Source of the DNA: an uncultured Verrucomicrobiae bacterium
GTDB lineage: Bacteria > Verrucomicrobiota > Verrucomicrobiia > Chthoniobacterales > JAFAMB01
Direction: 5' to 3'
Length of the DNA: 64,000 nucleotides
Assembly (NCBI GenBank): GCA_963762565.1
Contig: CAVXLD010000001.1
Span: 768,001 to 832,000 of the forward strand
Below the pieces are notes generated by a model, which was not told the origin of the DNA, did not search any database, and saw only the letters and a list, made by a program, of their open reading frames with translations. Shown here piece after piece: positions 31,407 to 40,751 of the stretch. Position numbers and translations under genes: made by a program. The number at the start of each line of letters is the position of its first letter. Position 1 is the stretch's first letter.

Positions 31407-33275
31407 ATGAGCGACAAAAATACAGCTGCAAAACCGATGACTGATCTCGAGCGGTTAAGGCACTCAACCGCTCATGTGTTGGCCACCGCTATCCTGCGCA
31501 TTTGGCCAGAAGCCCAGTTCGCTGCTGGGCCACCGGTGGACAACGGCTTTTATTATGACCTGGAGCTGGATCATCACATTACCCCGGACGATTTCGGCCG
31601 CATCGAGGCAGAGATGGGTAAAGTCATCCAGGAAAACCAGCCCTTTGAGCGAATCTCGGTCGATAGAAAAGAAGCGATCAATTTAGCTCAAAAGGGAGCA
31701 CTGGCTGCACTCGGGCCCCGCACTGTGCCCAGCAAGTATAAGTTGGATATTCTGCGAAGAATTCCAGACGACGAAGAAATTACCCTTTACCGTAACGGGA
31801 ACTTTACCGACCTCTGCGCCGGGCCGCATGTTTCCAAGACCGGGGATATTGGCGGTTTTAAACTGACGAACGTCGCCAGCGCTTACTATCAAGGGGATGA
31901 GAGCCAGCCCCAATTGCAACGCGTCTATGGCACTGCTTTCAAAACCGAGCAGGAACTCAACGACTACTTTGCCCGGTTAGAAGAAGCCAAGAAACGCGAC
32001 CACCGAAAGTTGGGCCGCGAACTGGATTTGTTTCACATCGATGAGGATGTTGGTCCCGGCCTGGTCCTTTGGAAGCCAAAGGGAGCAGTGGTCAGACGAG
32101 AATTACAAAATTTCATTTCGGAAGAGTTACGCAAGCAGGGGTACACTGAGGTTTTCACACCGCATATTGGCAAACTGAATCTTTACCGAACTTCAGGCCA
32201 CTACCCCTACTATCAAGACTCCCAGTTCCCGCCGTTGATCGAGCCGGAGATGCTTCACCATTTGGCAGAAGAGGGGTGTTCCTGTGCGACCCTGTCAAAC
32301 ATGCTGAAAGACGGGAGTGTCGAAGGTTTCCTGCTGAAACCGATGAACTGCCCGATGCACATCAAAATTTTTGCATCGTCACCGCATTCATATCGGGATC
32401 TGCCGGTTCGGTTAGCCGAGTTCGGAACTGTCTACCGCTGGGAACAGTCTGGCGAGTTAGGCGGCTTGACCCGGGTGCGGGGTTTCACCCAGGACGATGG
32501 GCACATTTTTTGTACTGATGAACAACTCCCGGAAGAACTATTCCGCACGCTGGACGTTGGCATCCGGGTTCTTAAGACTCTTGGTCTGACTGACTTTCGC
32601 GCCCGCCTTGGGCTGCGAGATCCCGATTCATCTAAGTATGTCGGTGCTCCGGAACAGTGGGACATAGCCGAGGATGCGCTTCGGCAGGTGGCTAAGAACG
32701 CCAATATTACCTTTACCGAAGAGCGAGGAGAGGCGGCCTTCTACGGCCCAAAAATCGACTTTGTGGTTAAGGACGTCATCGGCCGGGAATGGCAGCTTGG
32801 CACGGTCCAAGTGGATTACAATTTACCCCAACGCTTCGATCTCCACTACGTCGCCAGCGACAATTCACCAAAACGCCCGGTCATGATCCATCGCGCCCCA
32901 TTTGGTTCGATGGAGCGATTCTGCGGTGTGTTAATTGAGCATTTCGCCGGCAGTTTCCCGGTCTGGCTGGCTCCGGAGCAGGTCCGAGTATTGCCCATAT
33001 CCGATAAGCACCTTGAATACGCGCGTAAAATCGAGCACATGTTAGTGGAAGTGGGCGTACGGGCCACAGTTTCTGACACTTCGGACAAAATTGGAGCCAA
33101 GATTCGCCTTGCTCAGCTCGACAGGGTTCCTTATATGTTGGTGCTCGGCGCACGAGAAGAACAGGCCGCTAACGTGGCGGTGCGGAGCCGTTCCGGCGGC
33201 GACGAGGGAGTTGTCAGTGCGCAGCAATTCGTGGAAAGGGTTCAGAGAGAAATTAAGGAAAAGAAACTTGAGTGA
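31407..33275 (+). CDS. thrS: Threonyl-tRNA synthetase (no N-terminal TGS domain)
   Basis: RHSTAH, DLCAGPH, KPMNCP, RVRGFTQDD, FYGPKID, HRAPFGSMER. Confidence 0.97.
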   Translation: MSDKNTAAKPMTDLERLRHSTAHVLATAILRIWPEAQFAAGPPVDNGFYYDLELDHHITPDDFGRIEAEMGKVIQENQPFERISVDRKEAINLAQKGALAALGPRTVPSKYKLDILRRIPDDEEITLYRNGNFTDLCAGPHVSKTGDIGGFKLTNVASAYYQGDESQPQLQRVYGTAFKTEQELNDYFARLEEAKKRDHRKLGRELDLFHIDEDVGPGLVLWKPKGAVVRRELQNFISEELRKQGYTEVFTPHIGKLNLYRTSGHYPYYQDSQFPPLIEPEMLHHLAEEGCSCATLSNMLKDGSVEGFLLKPMNCPMHIKIFASSPHSYRDLPVRLAEFGTVYRWEQSGELGGLTRVRGFTQDDGHIFCTDEQLPEELFRTLDVGIRVLKTLGLTDFRARLGLRDPDSSKYVGAPEQWDIAEDALRQVAKNANITFTEERGEAAFYGPKIDFVVKDVIGREWQLGTVQVDYNLPQRFDLHYVASDNSPKRPVMIHRAPFGSMERFCGVLIEHFAGSFPVWLAPEQVRVLPISDKHLEYARKIEHMLVEVGVRATVSDTSDKIGAKIRLAQLDRVPYMLVLGAREEQAANVAVRSRSGGDEGVVSAQQFVERVQREIKEKKLE

Positions 33276-33318
33276 GCGAGCTTTCCAGCTCCCAAGCCCG
33301 CTCTGTAGGAGATAAGCT

Positions 33319-33912
33319 ATTCAGCAACAGCAGATTCGAGTAAACGGCAGAATTCGCGCTCGTGAAGTGCGAGTCATTTTGAGCGCTTCCAACGAACAGT
33401 TGGGAATAATGAAACTCCAGGACGCTTTGCGTCGAGCGCAAGCACTGGGACTGGACTTAGTCGAGGTCGCACCAGGCGCAAACCCTCCAGTTTGCAAGAT
33501 CGTCGACTTCGGCAAGTATCGTTACGATCTTTCCAAACAAGACAAGGACCGTAAATCCACCGGCTCGAGGTTAAAGGAGATCAAGTTCCGCGTTAATATC
33601 GACCCGCATGATTATGGGATTAAGGTGCGGCACGCGGAGGAATTTCTGGACAAGGGAAACAAAGTGAAAGTCCACCTCCAGTTCCGTGGCCGCGAGTTGA
33701 GTCATAAAGAACTTGGGTTCCAGTTAATGCAGCGTCTCAAGGATGACCTTTCCACAATGGGACAGGCGGAAATGGAACCAAAACTAATGGGTAAAAGCAT
33801 AGGGATGACAATCTCGCCGTTACCATCCAATAAACGAAAGAGACGCTTTGCGCCTCCGACGGAAGAGCTTCCTCCCGAACCTGATGATTCGGATTCGGAT
33901 TCGGAGGAATGA
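33319..33912 (+). CDS. infC: Translation initiation factor IF-3, ATT start codon
   Basis: IRVNGRIRAREVRVI, LDLVEVAP..PPVCKIVD; in-frame stop at 33313, SD AGGAG at 33307-33311, ATT at 33319. Confidence 0.93.
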   Translation: MQQQQIRVNGRIRAREVRVILSASNEQLGIMKLQDALRRAQALGLDLVEVAPGANPPVCKIVDFGKYRYDLSKQDKDRKSTGSRLKEIKFRVNIDPHDYGIKVRHAEEFLDKGNKVKVHLQFRGRELSHKELGFQLMQRLKDDLSTMGQAEMEPKLMGKSIGMTISPLPSNKRKRRFAPPTEELPPEPDDSDSDSEE

Positions 33913-34586
33913 AACTCTTTCTTTTTGATATTGATGGCACTCTTTTGACCACGGATGGGGCCGGCCGCGCCGCTCTGAAATCTGCGGGAGCCGATTTGTT
34001 TGCGATTGAAGAGGACCTGAAAACGATCAGTGTGTCCGGGAGCACCGACACCGCGATCGTGCAAGAGATCCTTCAACACCATGCTCTGGAAGTGTCGACA
34101 GCGAACGTAAACCGCTATTTGGGCGGCTACCTGGTGTGGCTCAGACAACATCTGGCATCTCAATCCGGGGCAATCTTGCCCGGGGTGATCTCTTTTCTAG
34201 GTGTGTTGGCACAGGACGGGCATGCCATCGGGTTACTGACCGGTAACGTCCGGCGCGGCGCGGAGATCAAGCTGACGGCCCACGGCATTTGGGATCGATT
34301 CAGTTTTGGCGCTTTTGGGGACGATCACTCCGATCGAAATCAGCTCGGCCCGATTGCCAAGCGGCGAGCAGAAGCTGCCTTTAATACGGAATTTGCTGAG
34401 CACGACATTTTCGTAATCGGTGATACGCCCAAAGACATTGCCTGTGCGCGGGCATTCGGCGCTGTCGCCGTGGCCGTAGCAACCGGTAGATATTCATCAG
34501 CGAATTTGAGCGAACATCATCCGGATCATCTGTGCCGGGATCTATCAGACAGCAAGGATTTGTTATTTCGGTTTGGGTTGAGGTAG
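33909..34586 (+). CDS. HAD-family phosphatase
   Basis: FDIDGTL, LTGN, IGDTPKD. Confidence 0.9.
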   Translation: MKLFLFDIDGTLLTTDGAGRAALKSAGADLFAIEEDLKTISVSGSTDTAIVQEILQHHALEVSTANVNRYLGGYLVWLRQHLASQSGAILPGVISFLGVLAQDGHAIGLLTGNVRRGAEIKLTAHGIWDRFSFGAFGDDHSDRNQLGPIAKRRAEAAFNTEFAEHDIFVIGDTPKDIACARAFGAVAVAVATGRYSSANLSEHHPDHLCRDLSDSKDLLFRFGLR

Positions 34587-34611
34587 GTGGGAGGCATGGC
34601 ACCTGATCGCC

Positions 34612-34792
34612 GGGAGGGATCGCTGCCTGTCCGACATAGCCTTCTCTTACTGGTTCCTTTTCTCCCAACTTAGGCGACGTCGGATCCCCGCGATCCGGTG
34701 TGACCGGAGCCGGGCGCGTTCGCCAACGAGGGATCAACCGCACTGGTAGGCCTTGAACGTCTTCGCGGCGCGCGAGGACGCGCGCCCTCCCC
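34612..34792 (+). repeat. Family B palindromic element, copy 3
   Basis: First ~75 bp nearly identical to the 2944 copy; same right arm. Confidence 0.9.
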
Positions 34793-34878
34793 AATCAGCG
34801 GCCGATCACGCGGTTCCTTCTGTTGACGCCTTCAAACAGTTGCCGCTCCTGGCAAAGAATGGTAATTAACTAACTCCA

Positions 34879-35202
34879 ATGTCTGCCGAAGTCCTGGAAT
34901 TAAGGGGCGACATCGATCTCAACGAGAAACCGAAAGTCGCAGCTCAGCTCGAGCCTCTGATCGAACGTCGGATCACTGGTATCGTGATCGATCTGACACA
35001 TGTCCCTTATGTGGACAGTTCCGGGCTAGCCATCTTTATCGATGCCCTACAAAGAGTGAAACAATATGGGGGTAGGCTCGCATTGGCGGGTTTGCAAGAT
35101 AACGTCAGGCTCGTATTCCAGATCTCGAAATTAGACAAAGTCTTCAAGATTTTTGACGACTCCCAATCGGCACTGGCAGCAGTCACCGTTCAGCACCAGT
35201 AA
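34879..35202 (+). CDS. STAS-domain anti-sigma-factor antagonist
   Basis: LRGDIDL, DLTHVPYVDSSGL. Confidence 0.9.
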   Translation: MSAEVLELRGDIDLNEKPKVAAQLEPLIERRITGIVIDLTHVPYVDSSGLAIFIDALQRVKQYGGRLALAGLQDNVRLVFQISKLDKVFKIFDDSQSALAAVTVQHQ

Positions 35203-35228
35203 CAGGCGGTTCACCGGTTTTGGAGATC

Positions 35229-36239
35229 ATGCTTCCTTGGTTTAACAGCCCTTTCTGTCCTCTGTACTTGGCTCCGATGGCGGGGGTCACGGACTCAGTT
35301 TTCCGTCGTCTGTGCAAAGAACAGGGTGCTGACGTGATGGTCTCCGAGTTTGTTTCTGCTGATGGGATCCTCCATCGCAACGAGCGAACCCGTGAGATGA
35401 TCTACTTCCAACCAGTCGAGAGACCGCTTGGCATCCAGCTATTCGGAGGCGACCCGGAAAGAATGGCCGCCGCCGCGCAAGCGGTAGTTGGATGGGTCGA
35501 GCCGGATTTCATCGACCTCAATTTTGGCTGCCCGGTTAACAAGGTGGTCTGTAAACACGGCGGTTCAGCTTTGCTACGGGATTGTCCTTTGCTGGAAAAG
35601 GTTGCGAGCACTGTCGTCCGTAAGCTTCATCCTTTTCCAGTTACCGCGAAGATCCGCTTGGGGTGGGATCAATCCTCGATCAACGCCGAGCAGACCGCCA
35701 AGATTCTGGAAGAAGCAGGTGTTCGAGCAATCGCGATCCATGGACGCACTAAGGACCAAGGTTATTCCGGCGAGGCGGACTGGGATCAAATCGCGCGAGT
35801 GGCTGGCACCGTTTCAGTTCCCGTAATCGGTAACGGCGACCTGCGATCGGTCCCCGATATCGGCCGCCGGATTCGAGAAACCGGAGTACGCGGTTTGATG
35901 ATTGGCAGAGCCGCAATGAACAATCCTTGGATTTTTCGGCAGGCACGCGCGTTCCTGCGATCGGGCACTGTGGTTCCTGAAGTCAGCTTGGAAGAAAAAT
36001 GGGCGCACATCCTAAGACATTGTCGGATGGCGGTCGCCGAAAACGAAGCAGAGGAATTCACCATGGCCAGTATGCGAGGCCGGCTGATGGCCTATTCCAA
36101 GGGTATGCCCAACGGACGACCACTGCGCAGCGAACTGCAGCAGGTGACACGGATCGCACAGCTTGAACAGATCCGAGAAAGGCATCTGCGAGAGAGCAAA
36201 GAAGCGGCGGAGTTAGCGGTCGATCTGTCTGAGGCATAG
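35229..36239 (+). CDS. dusB: tRNA-dihydrouridine synthase
   Basis: LAPMAGVTD, DLNFGCP, KIRLGW, IHGRT, GNGD, IGRAA; start TTG 35220 or ATG 35229. Confidence 0.92.
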   Translation: MLPWFNSPFCPLYLAPMAGVTDSVFRRLCKEQGADVMVSEFVSADGILHRNERTREMIYFQPVERPLGIQLFGGDPERMAAAAQAVVGWVEPDFIDLNFGCPVNKVVCKHGGSALLRDCPLLEKVASTVVRKLHPFPVTAKIRLGWDQSSINAEQTAKILEEAGVRAIAIHGRTKDQGYSGEADWDQIARVAGTVSVPVIGNGDLRSVPDIGRRIRETGVRGLMIGRAAMNNPWIFRQARAFLRSGTVVPEVSLEEKWAHILRHCRMAVAENEAEEFTMASMRGRLMAYSKGMPNGRPLRSELQQVTRIAQLEQIRERHLRESKEAAELAVDLSEA

Positions 36240-36352
36240 GGAGGCCTCGAATTCGTCCGGCAGCACAATCGAACTGCCCATCGCTCGGACGCAAATGCAT
36301 TTGCTATTTGCTATCTGCTATTTGCTATACTAGGAGCCTAGGCGACTAGGTC

Positions 36353-36973
36353 ATGCGGTGTACCCTTCGTTTTGAGAAAGCACTTTATCGAGAAGGTGCG
36401 GAACGAATCGCCGGCATCGATGAAGCCGGTCGAGGACCACTGGCCGGTCCTGTAGTTGCCGCCGCTGTCATTCTTCCTCAAAGATTTTCTCTGTCCGGAT
36501 TGACCGATTCGAAACAGCTCTCGCCGCAGATTCGAGAAGAGTACTACCTTAAGCTCACCGCCAATGAAAAGATCGAGTTCGGCGTCGGTATCGCATCCGT
36601 CGAGGAGATCGACAGGCATAACATCTTGCGTGCGTCCTATCTCGCCATGGAACGAGCGATCTCATCGCTAAGAGCGGCTCCAGGGCATTTGTTGATTGAT
36701 GGACTACCCGTCCCGGTCTTCTCTCTCCCACAGACAGCCATTGTGGGTGGCGATATGAGATCGCTCAGCATCGCAGCTGCTAGCGTCATTGCCAAAGTAA
36801 CCCGGGATCGTATGATGCGAAGCTGGCATGAGGAATTTCCGGTTTACCAATTCTGTGACAACAAAGGATATGGTACGCCAGAACATCTCGCATCCCTTCG
36901 CATGCACGGCCCCTGCCCGCTTCATCGGAGATCATTTGAGCCAGTGGCGCAGACTTATTTCCCGTTTGTATAG
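36353..36973 (+). CDS. rnhB: Ribonuclease HII
   Basis: GIDEAGRGPLAGPV, DSKQL, AAASVIAKV, HRRSF. Confidence 0.97.
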   Translation: MRCTLRFEKALYREGAERIAGIDEAGRGPLAGPVVAAAVILPQRFSLSGLTDSKQLSPQIREEYYLKLTANEKIEFGVGIASVEEIDRHNILRASYLAMERAISSLRAAPGHLLIDGLPVPVFSLPQTAIVGGDMRSLSIAAASVIAKVTRDRMMRSWHEEFPVYQFCDNKGYGTPEHLASLRMHGPCPLHRRSFEPVAQTYFPFV

Positions 36974-37382
36974 ACGGCTCCGGTTACGAGGGGCCATAGC
37001 TCCGCACCTTAGACTAGGAAGACAAGGCGAAGCAGCAGCGGAACGCTTTCTAAAGAAACAATCGTTTAAAATCCTTTATCGGAATTTCAGAGCCCGCAGC
37101 GGCGGTGAGATTGACCTCGTCTGCCGCGACCGCAAGGAACAGGTCTTGGTCTTTGTCGAAGTGAAAACGCGGACAAATGAGCTTTTCAGAACGCCCCATG
37201 AAGCGGTTACTTGGCGTAAACGAGCCAGAATCATCCGGGCCGCCAAAGAATGGCTCCGCCTACTCGATCGCCCCGAGGTCCCATTTCGGTTCGATATCGT
37301 CGAGGTCGTAATAAAGCCACAGCAGCAAATTCGCCTGATCAGAGGCGCATTCGAAATGGAGGAAGGCATCTACTCGCCTTAG
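36936..37382 (+). CDS. yraN: YraN-family putative endonuclease
   Basis: LGRQGE, RNFR..GGEIDLV, VFVEVKTR, RFDIV; TTG start at 36936 is a guess. Confidence 0.88.
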   Translation: MSQWRRLISRLYRRLRLRGAIAPHLRLGRQGEAAAERFLKKQSFKILYRNFRARSGGEIDLVCRDRKEQVLVFVEVKTRTNELFRTPHEAVTWRKRARIIRAAKEWLRLLDRPEVPFRFDIVEVVIKPQQQIRLIRGAFEMEEGIYSP

Positions 37383-37388
37383 GCTCGT

Positions 37389-37472
37389 AGAATAGTCGAT
37401 AGCCGATAGCCAATAGCCAACTCAGCAAATGGCGCATTGCTTGGCTATTGGCTATAGGCTATTGGCTATTCT
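37389..37472. repeat. Inverted heptamer arrays (ATAGCCR / TGGCTAT)
   Basis: 37389-37420 versus 37441-37472. Confidence 0.87.
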
Positions 37473-37475
37473 CGA

Positions 37476-38549
37476 ATGAGCCTGGGGCGAATTCGAGATG
37501 TCGACTATCTGATCGTGGGCCAAGGCTTGGCCGGGACTGTCTTCGCGGCACTACTCTTCGAGCGTGAACGATCGTTCGTGGTAGTGGACGATGATCATCA
37601 GACCGCGGCTTCGAAATCTGCTGGTGGCATTATCAACCCGATTACTGGGAAACGCTTGAATCGTCCCGCTATGATCGGCGAGTTGCTGCAGGAAGCGTTT
37701 TCGACTTACCCGATGATTGAGCGGTTGTTGGGCGGTGCCCCCCTCTTCTCCCGACGCAACGTGCTCCGCCTTTTTACTGACGACAGCGAACAACAACGCT
37801 GGGAGATCAAACGGAAGCTCTCAGAACATAAACAGTACGTTAGTCCAACCTATCCCGAGGTCCCAGCGAACCTTGATGACACGCACGGCGGATTCGAGAT
37901 CACTATCGCCGGCCAACTCGATATCCGGCAACTAATCACCCGATTTCGCTCTCTTTTGAAAACGCAAGATCGATTGCTGGAAGTGCCTTTCCATTACGAC
38001 CAGCTCCGGATTTCTTCGACTGCCGTTGAGTGGCGCGATGTCCGCGCCCAGTACGTCATTTTCTGTGAAGGTTATCGCATGCGCCAGAACCCGTACTTCA
38101 ACACGATCAAGCTTAACCCGGCAAAAGGCGAAGTTCTGACCTTGGAAGCACCGGATTTTGGGGATTCGCGAATCATTCAGTGCGGTAAATGGATTTTCCG
38201 CAACCGGTCGGGTGAGATCCTTGCCGGCACTACCTATTCCTGGGATCGGCTGGACGAGGCTCCCACCTATGCGGCTCTAGATCAGATCCGAAAAGGGATC
38301 CAAAGCTTTTGCAAGTTTCACTTCGAAGTGAGAGATCATCGAGCCGGTGTCAGGGCAGTAACCAAGGCCGACAATCGGCCGATTGTCGGAGTTCATCCAA
38401 ATTGGCCGAGACTCGCCATTCTAAATGGGTTCGGCTCTAAGGGCGCCCTGCAGGCGCCATTTTCGGCGCGACAGCTGCTAGAGAATTTGGAGCGGAACGC
38501 GTATCTTCATCCTGAAATTGCTGTATGTCGTCCATCACTTTGGAAATAA
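37476..38549 (+). CDS. FAD-dependent oxidoreductase (DAO family, like the MnmC oxidase domain)
   Basis: IVGQGLAG, AS..AGGIINP, KGE, RAGVRA...PIVG, NGFGSKG. Confidence 0.85.
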   Translation: MSLGRIRDVDYLIVGQGLAGTVFAALLFERERSFVVVDDDHQTAASKSAGGIINPITGKRLNRPAMIGELLQEAFSTYPMIERLLGGAPLFSRRNVLRLFTDDSEQQRWEIKRKLSEHKQYVSPTYPEVPANLDDTHGGFEITIAGQLDIRQLITRFRSLLKTQDRLLEVPFHYDQLRISSTAVEWRDVRAQYVIFCEGYRMRQNPYFNTIKLNPAKGEVLTLEAPDFGDSRIIQCGKWIFRNRSGEILAGTTYSWDRLDEAPTYAALDQIRKGIQSFCKFHFEVRDHRAGVRAVTKADNRPIVGVHPNWPRLAILNGFGSKGALQAPFSARQLLENLERNAYLHPEIAVCRPSLWK

Positions 38550-39112
38550 GCCAGGTCCGGTTGACCAGGGTCGCAGCCAACTGGATCACCGCCTCCCTTC
38601 CGGAAGGGGGCTTCGCTGTAGATGCGACCGTCGGAAACGGCTACGACACCCTGTTTTTAGCCGATCGCGTTGGCAAGAACGGAAGGGTTCTTGGCTTTGA
38701 CGTTCAGAAAATGGCGTTGAATAACGCCTCCGAGCTAATCCGGTTCGCGGGGAACCTCGATCGGGTTAGGCTCGTTCTGGGGTGTCACTCGGGACTGGCG
38801 CGGGCCTTGATGGGCTATCCACGAGTCGACGCCGCGATGTTTAACCTCGGCTATTTGCCGCGTGGCGATCGTCGAATCGTGACCAGGCCTTCAACAACCA
38901 TTCCGGCCATCGCCGCCTTGGTCGAGCGACTGGCGCCAAACGGCAGAATCTCGATCATAGCGTATCGAGGCCACCCGGAAGGTCCCGAAGAATATCAGGC
39001 GGTTCGAGATTTCTTAGAGCAAAGAACTGAGCTCGATGTGCGCGAGTTGACCGGCGATCCCGAAAACGAAACCGGACCAAGGCTTTTTCTGGTGAAGCTT
39101 AAGGGTCCCTGA
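38525..39112 (+). CDS. YtqB/MnmM-like SAM-dependent methyltransferase
   Basis: VDATVGNGYDTLFLA, GFDVQ, FNLGYLPRGD, YRGHPEG..E. Confidence 0.85.
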   Translation: MSSITLEISQVRLTRVAANWITASLPEGGFAVDATVGNGYDTLFLADRVGKNGRVLGFDVQKMALNNASELIRFAGNLDRVRLVLGCHSGLARALMGYPRVDAAMFNLGYLPRGDRRIVTRPSTTIPAIAALVERLAPNGRISIIAYRGHPEGPEEYQAVRDFLEQRTELDVRELTGDPENETGPRLFLVKLKGP

Positions 39113-39441
39113 GAGATGCCAGGGAAGATGCTGGACCTCGCACTGGTAACGTTCCCCGGCGTGGAGTCCGAGTGGACAACTGGACGTAGTAGGCGGGCGT
39201 GGACATTACTAGAGAGATAAGCGCATCCGGCGTCCACTAAGTCTACTAAGTCCACTCCGTCCAGTCCCTTCCGCGCAAACCGCTGTCGGCCAATCAGTTG
39301 ATACGTCATCAAGTGAAAGTTTTCACAAACTCTTTGACTTATTCCCCTTATCGTAGCAAGTAGTGCACGTTAAGTGTTGCTGATGAGGGTTTCACCCGGA
39401 GCGCAAGCTTAGGGTGAGCACAAGTGAAAGGTGAAACCCTT

Positions 39442-39714
39442 ATGGAACACAAAACACTAGATACAGAAGTAGTAGGGACTAAGCGAGTACTGACGTTGAT
39501 CGCCGGGGTTAGCGCGATCCTGAGCGTCGTCGCGGCTGTCATCCGAGGGATCGCTGGATCACAGATACACGATTACTCCCAACCGGTGATCGGGTTTTTG
39601 GGAGTCTTCATGGTCCTCGGTCTATTCGTCGCATTGCTAGCGCTCAATACGCGTCTGCAGGTTGCCTTCGACGAAGCGGAAAATCGTTCGCTAGCGGAAA
39701 ACGCAGAAGGATAA
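39442..39714 (+). CDS. Small two-TM membrane protein, hypothetical
   Basis: Two hydrophobic stretches; SD-like AAAGGTGA before ATG 39442. Confidence 0.6.
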   Translation: MEHKTLDTEVVGTKRVLTLIAGVSAILSVVAAVIRGIAGSQIHDYSQPVIGFLGVFMVLGLFVALLALNTRLQVAFDEAENRSLAENAEG

Positions 39715-39718
39715 CTCC

Positions 39719-39997
39719 GTGCCAGCAACTAAACCCTCCCCCCGGAACGTGGAGAAGAAACTAGACGCAAGTCGAGAATTAACGGGAGGGAATATGGATA
39801 TTTTTACACTTCTGATTGCTCGGTCTTTAAGACATCCGTTCAAAGTGAATTTGGAGGGAACAGAGAAGCGGGCGCAGGCTGAGCCGGAACTACCGGCAAT
39901 TGATTTCAGGCTATTGTCGAAAGTTACGCGGGATAACGAGCAGCCAACTCACAGCCGGGAGTCGTTTGCCGGCAGACCAGTCACAGCGACGATGTAA
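39719..39997 (+). CDS. Small hypothetical protein (may start at ATG 39794)
   Basis: ORF only; GGGAGGG precedes the internal ATG (MDIFTLL). Confidence 0.4.
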   Translation: MPATKPSPRNVEKKLDASRELTGGNMDIFTLLIARSLRHPFKVNLEGTEKRAQAEPELPAIDFRLLSKVTRDNEQPTHSRESFAGRPVTATM

Positions 39998-40171
39998 CGA
40001 ACCCGAGAGCTTCGCCCCGGCGTCGTGAATGCTACCATTTGAGCGAAGCAACCAACATCACAGGCTTACAAAAGCCAGCCTCGAGAAAATCTCGAGGCTG
40101 GTCAGCCCGCTTCTCACGCGCATACATAGGCATTTGTGAGGAACGCAGGCTCGCGTAAAATAAGAGCGCAT

Positions 40172-40750
40172 ATGTCGGTCCTGCGATTCTCAATCCTTTG
40201 CGTTATAACCTGCTGCTCGATCAACGCGCGTGCAGACCAAATTCTCGAGGGGTTTACCGTCCTCAAAGGGGACGGTTACGCGTTCGAGCTGAAGGCCCCA
40301 CTTGGATGGGTGTTAGACGATAAGGTCGGCAACGATCAGGGGATAAACGTCGTCTTCTATCCGGAACACTCGAGCTGGGATAAGGGCGATGCGGTGTGTT
40401 TTGCTAGGGTCCGCAGTTTGGACAGCCGCATAACCAACGTTGAGGACCAAGTGAAAGATACCGTGAAGACTTTGCGCCAGAACGGCAATCCTAAGCTGGA
40501 CGCGAAGTTCATCAAAACCTTAACGACGCAAGACGCCAGCAAAGCTAAGATCTATTACTATTCGGGGGATCAGTTTGGGAACACTGAGGCGACCGCGTAT
40601 ATCCAAGCCAAAGGATCGGTCCACTACATCACGCTTTCGGCCAAAAGCGCGAAAGCTTTTCACGGTGCATTACCGGCTTTTGACGCGCTGGTAACCTCTT
40701 ATGAGGACTTGACCAGACCGCCAGCCGAGGTCAGCTCCTTTTATCGCTAG
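40172..40750 (+). CDS. Exported hypothetical protein
   Basis: Signal peptide ending ARA-D; abuts the NUDIX gene. Confidence 0.75.
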   Translation: MSVLRFSILCVITCCSINARADQILEGFTVLKGDGYAFELKAPLGWVLDDKVGNDQGINVVFYPEHSSWDKGDAVCFARVRSLDSRITNVEDQVKDTVKTLRQNGNPKLDAKFIKTLTTQDASKAKIYYYSGDQFGNTEATAYIQAKGSVHYITLSAKSAKAFHGALPAFDALVTSYEDLTRPPAEVSSFYR

Positions 40751-40751
40751 T

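Noticed and set aside
39380..39437. Hammerhead ribozyme (CTGATGA...GAAA)
   Set aside because: Stem II cannot be closed between CTGATGA and either GAAA, and no stems I/III were found.
40076..40102. Hairpin CCAGCCTCGAGA-AAA-TCTCGAGGCTGG as a + strand intrinsic terminator
   Set aside because: The stem is real, but there is no U-tract on the + strand (only a short one on the - strand), so its function cannot be assigned.
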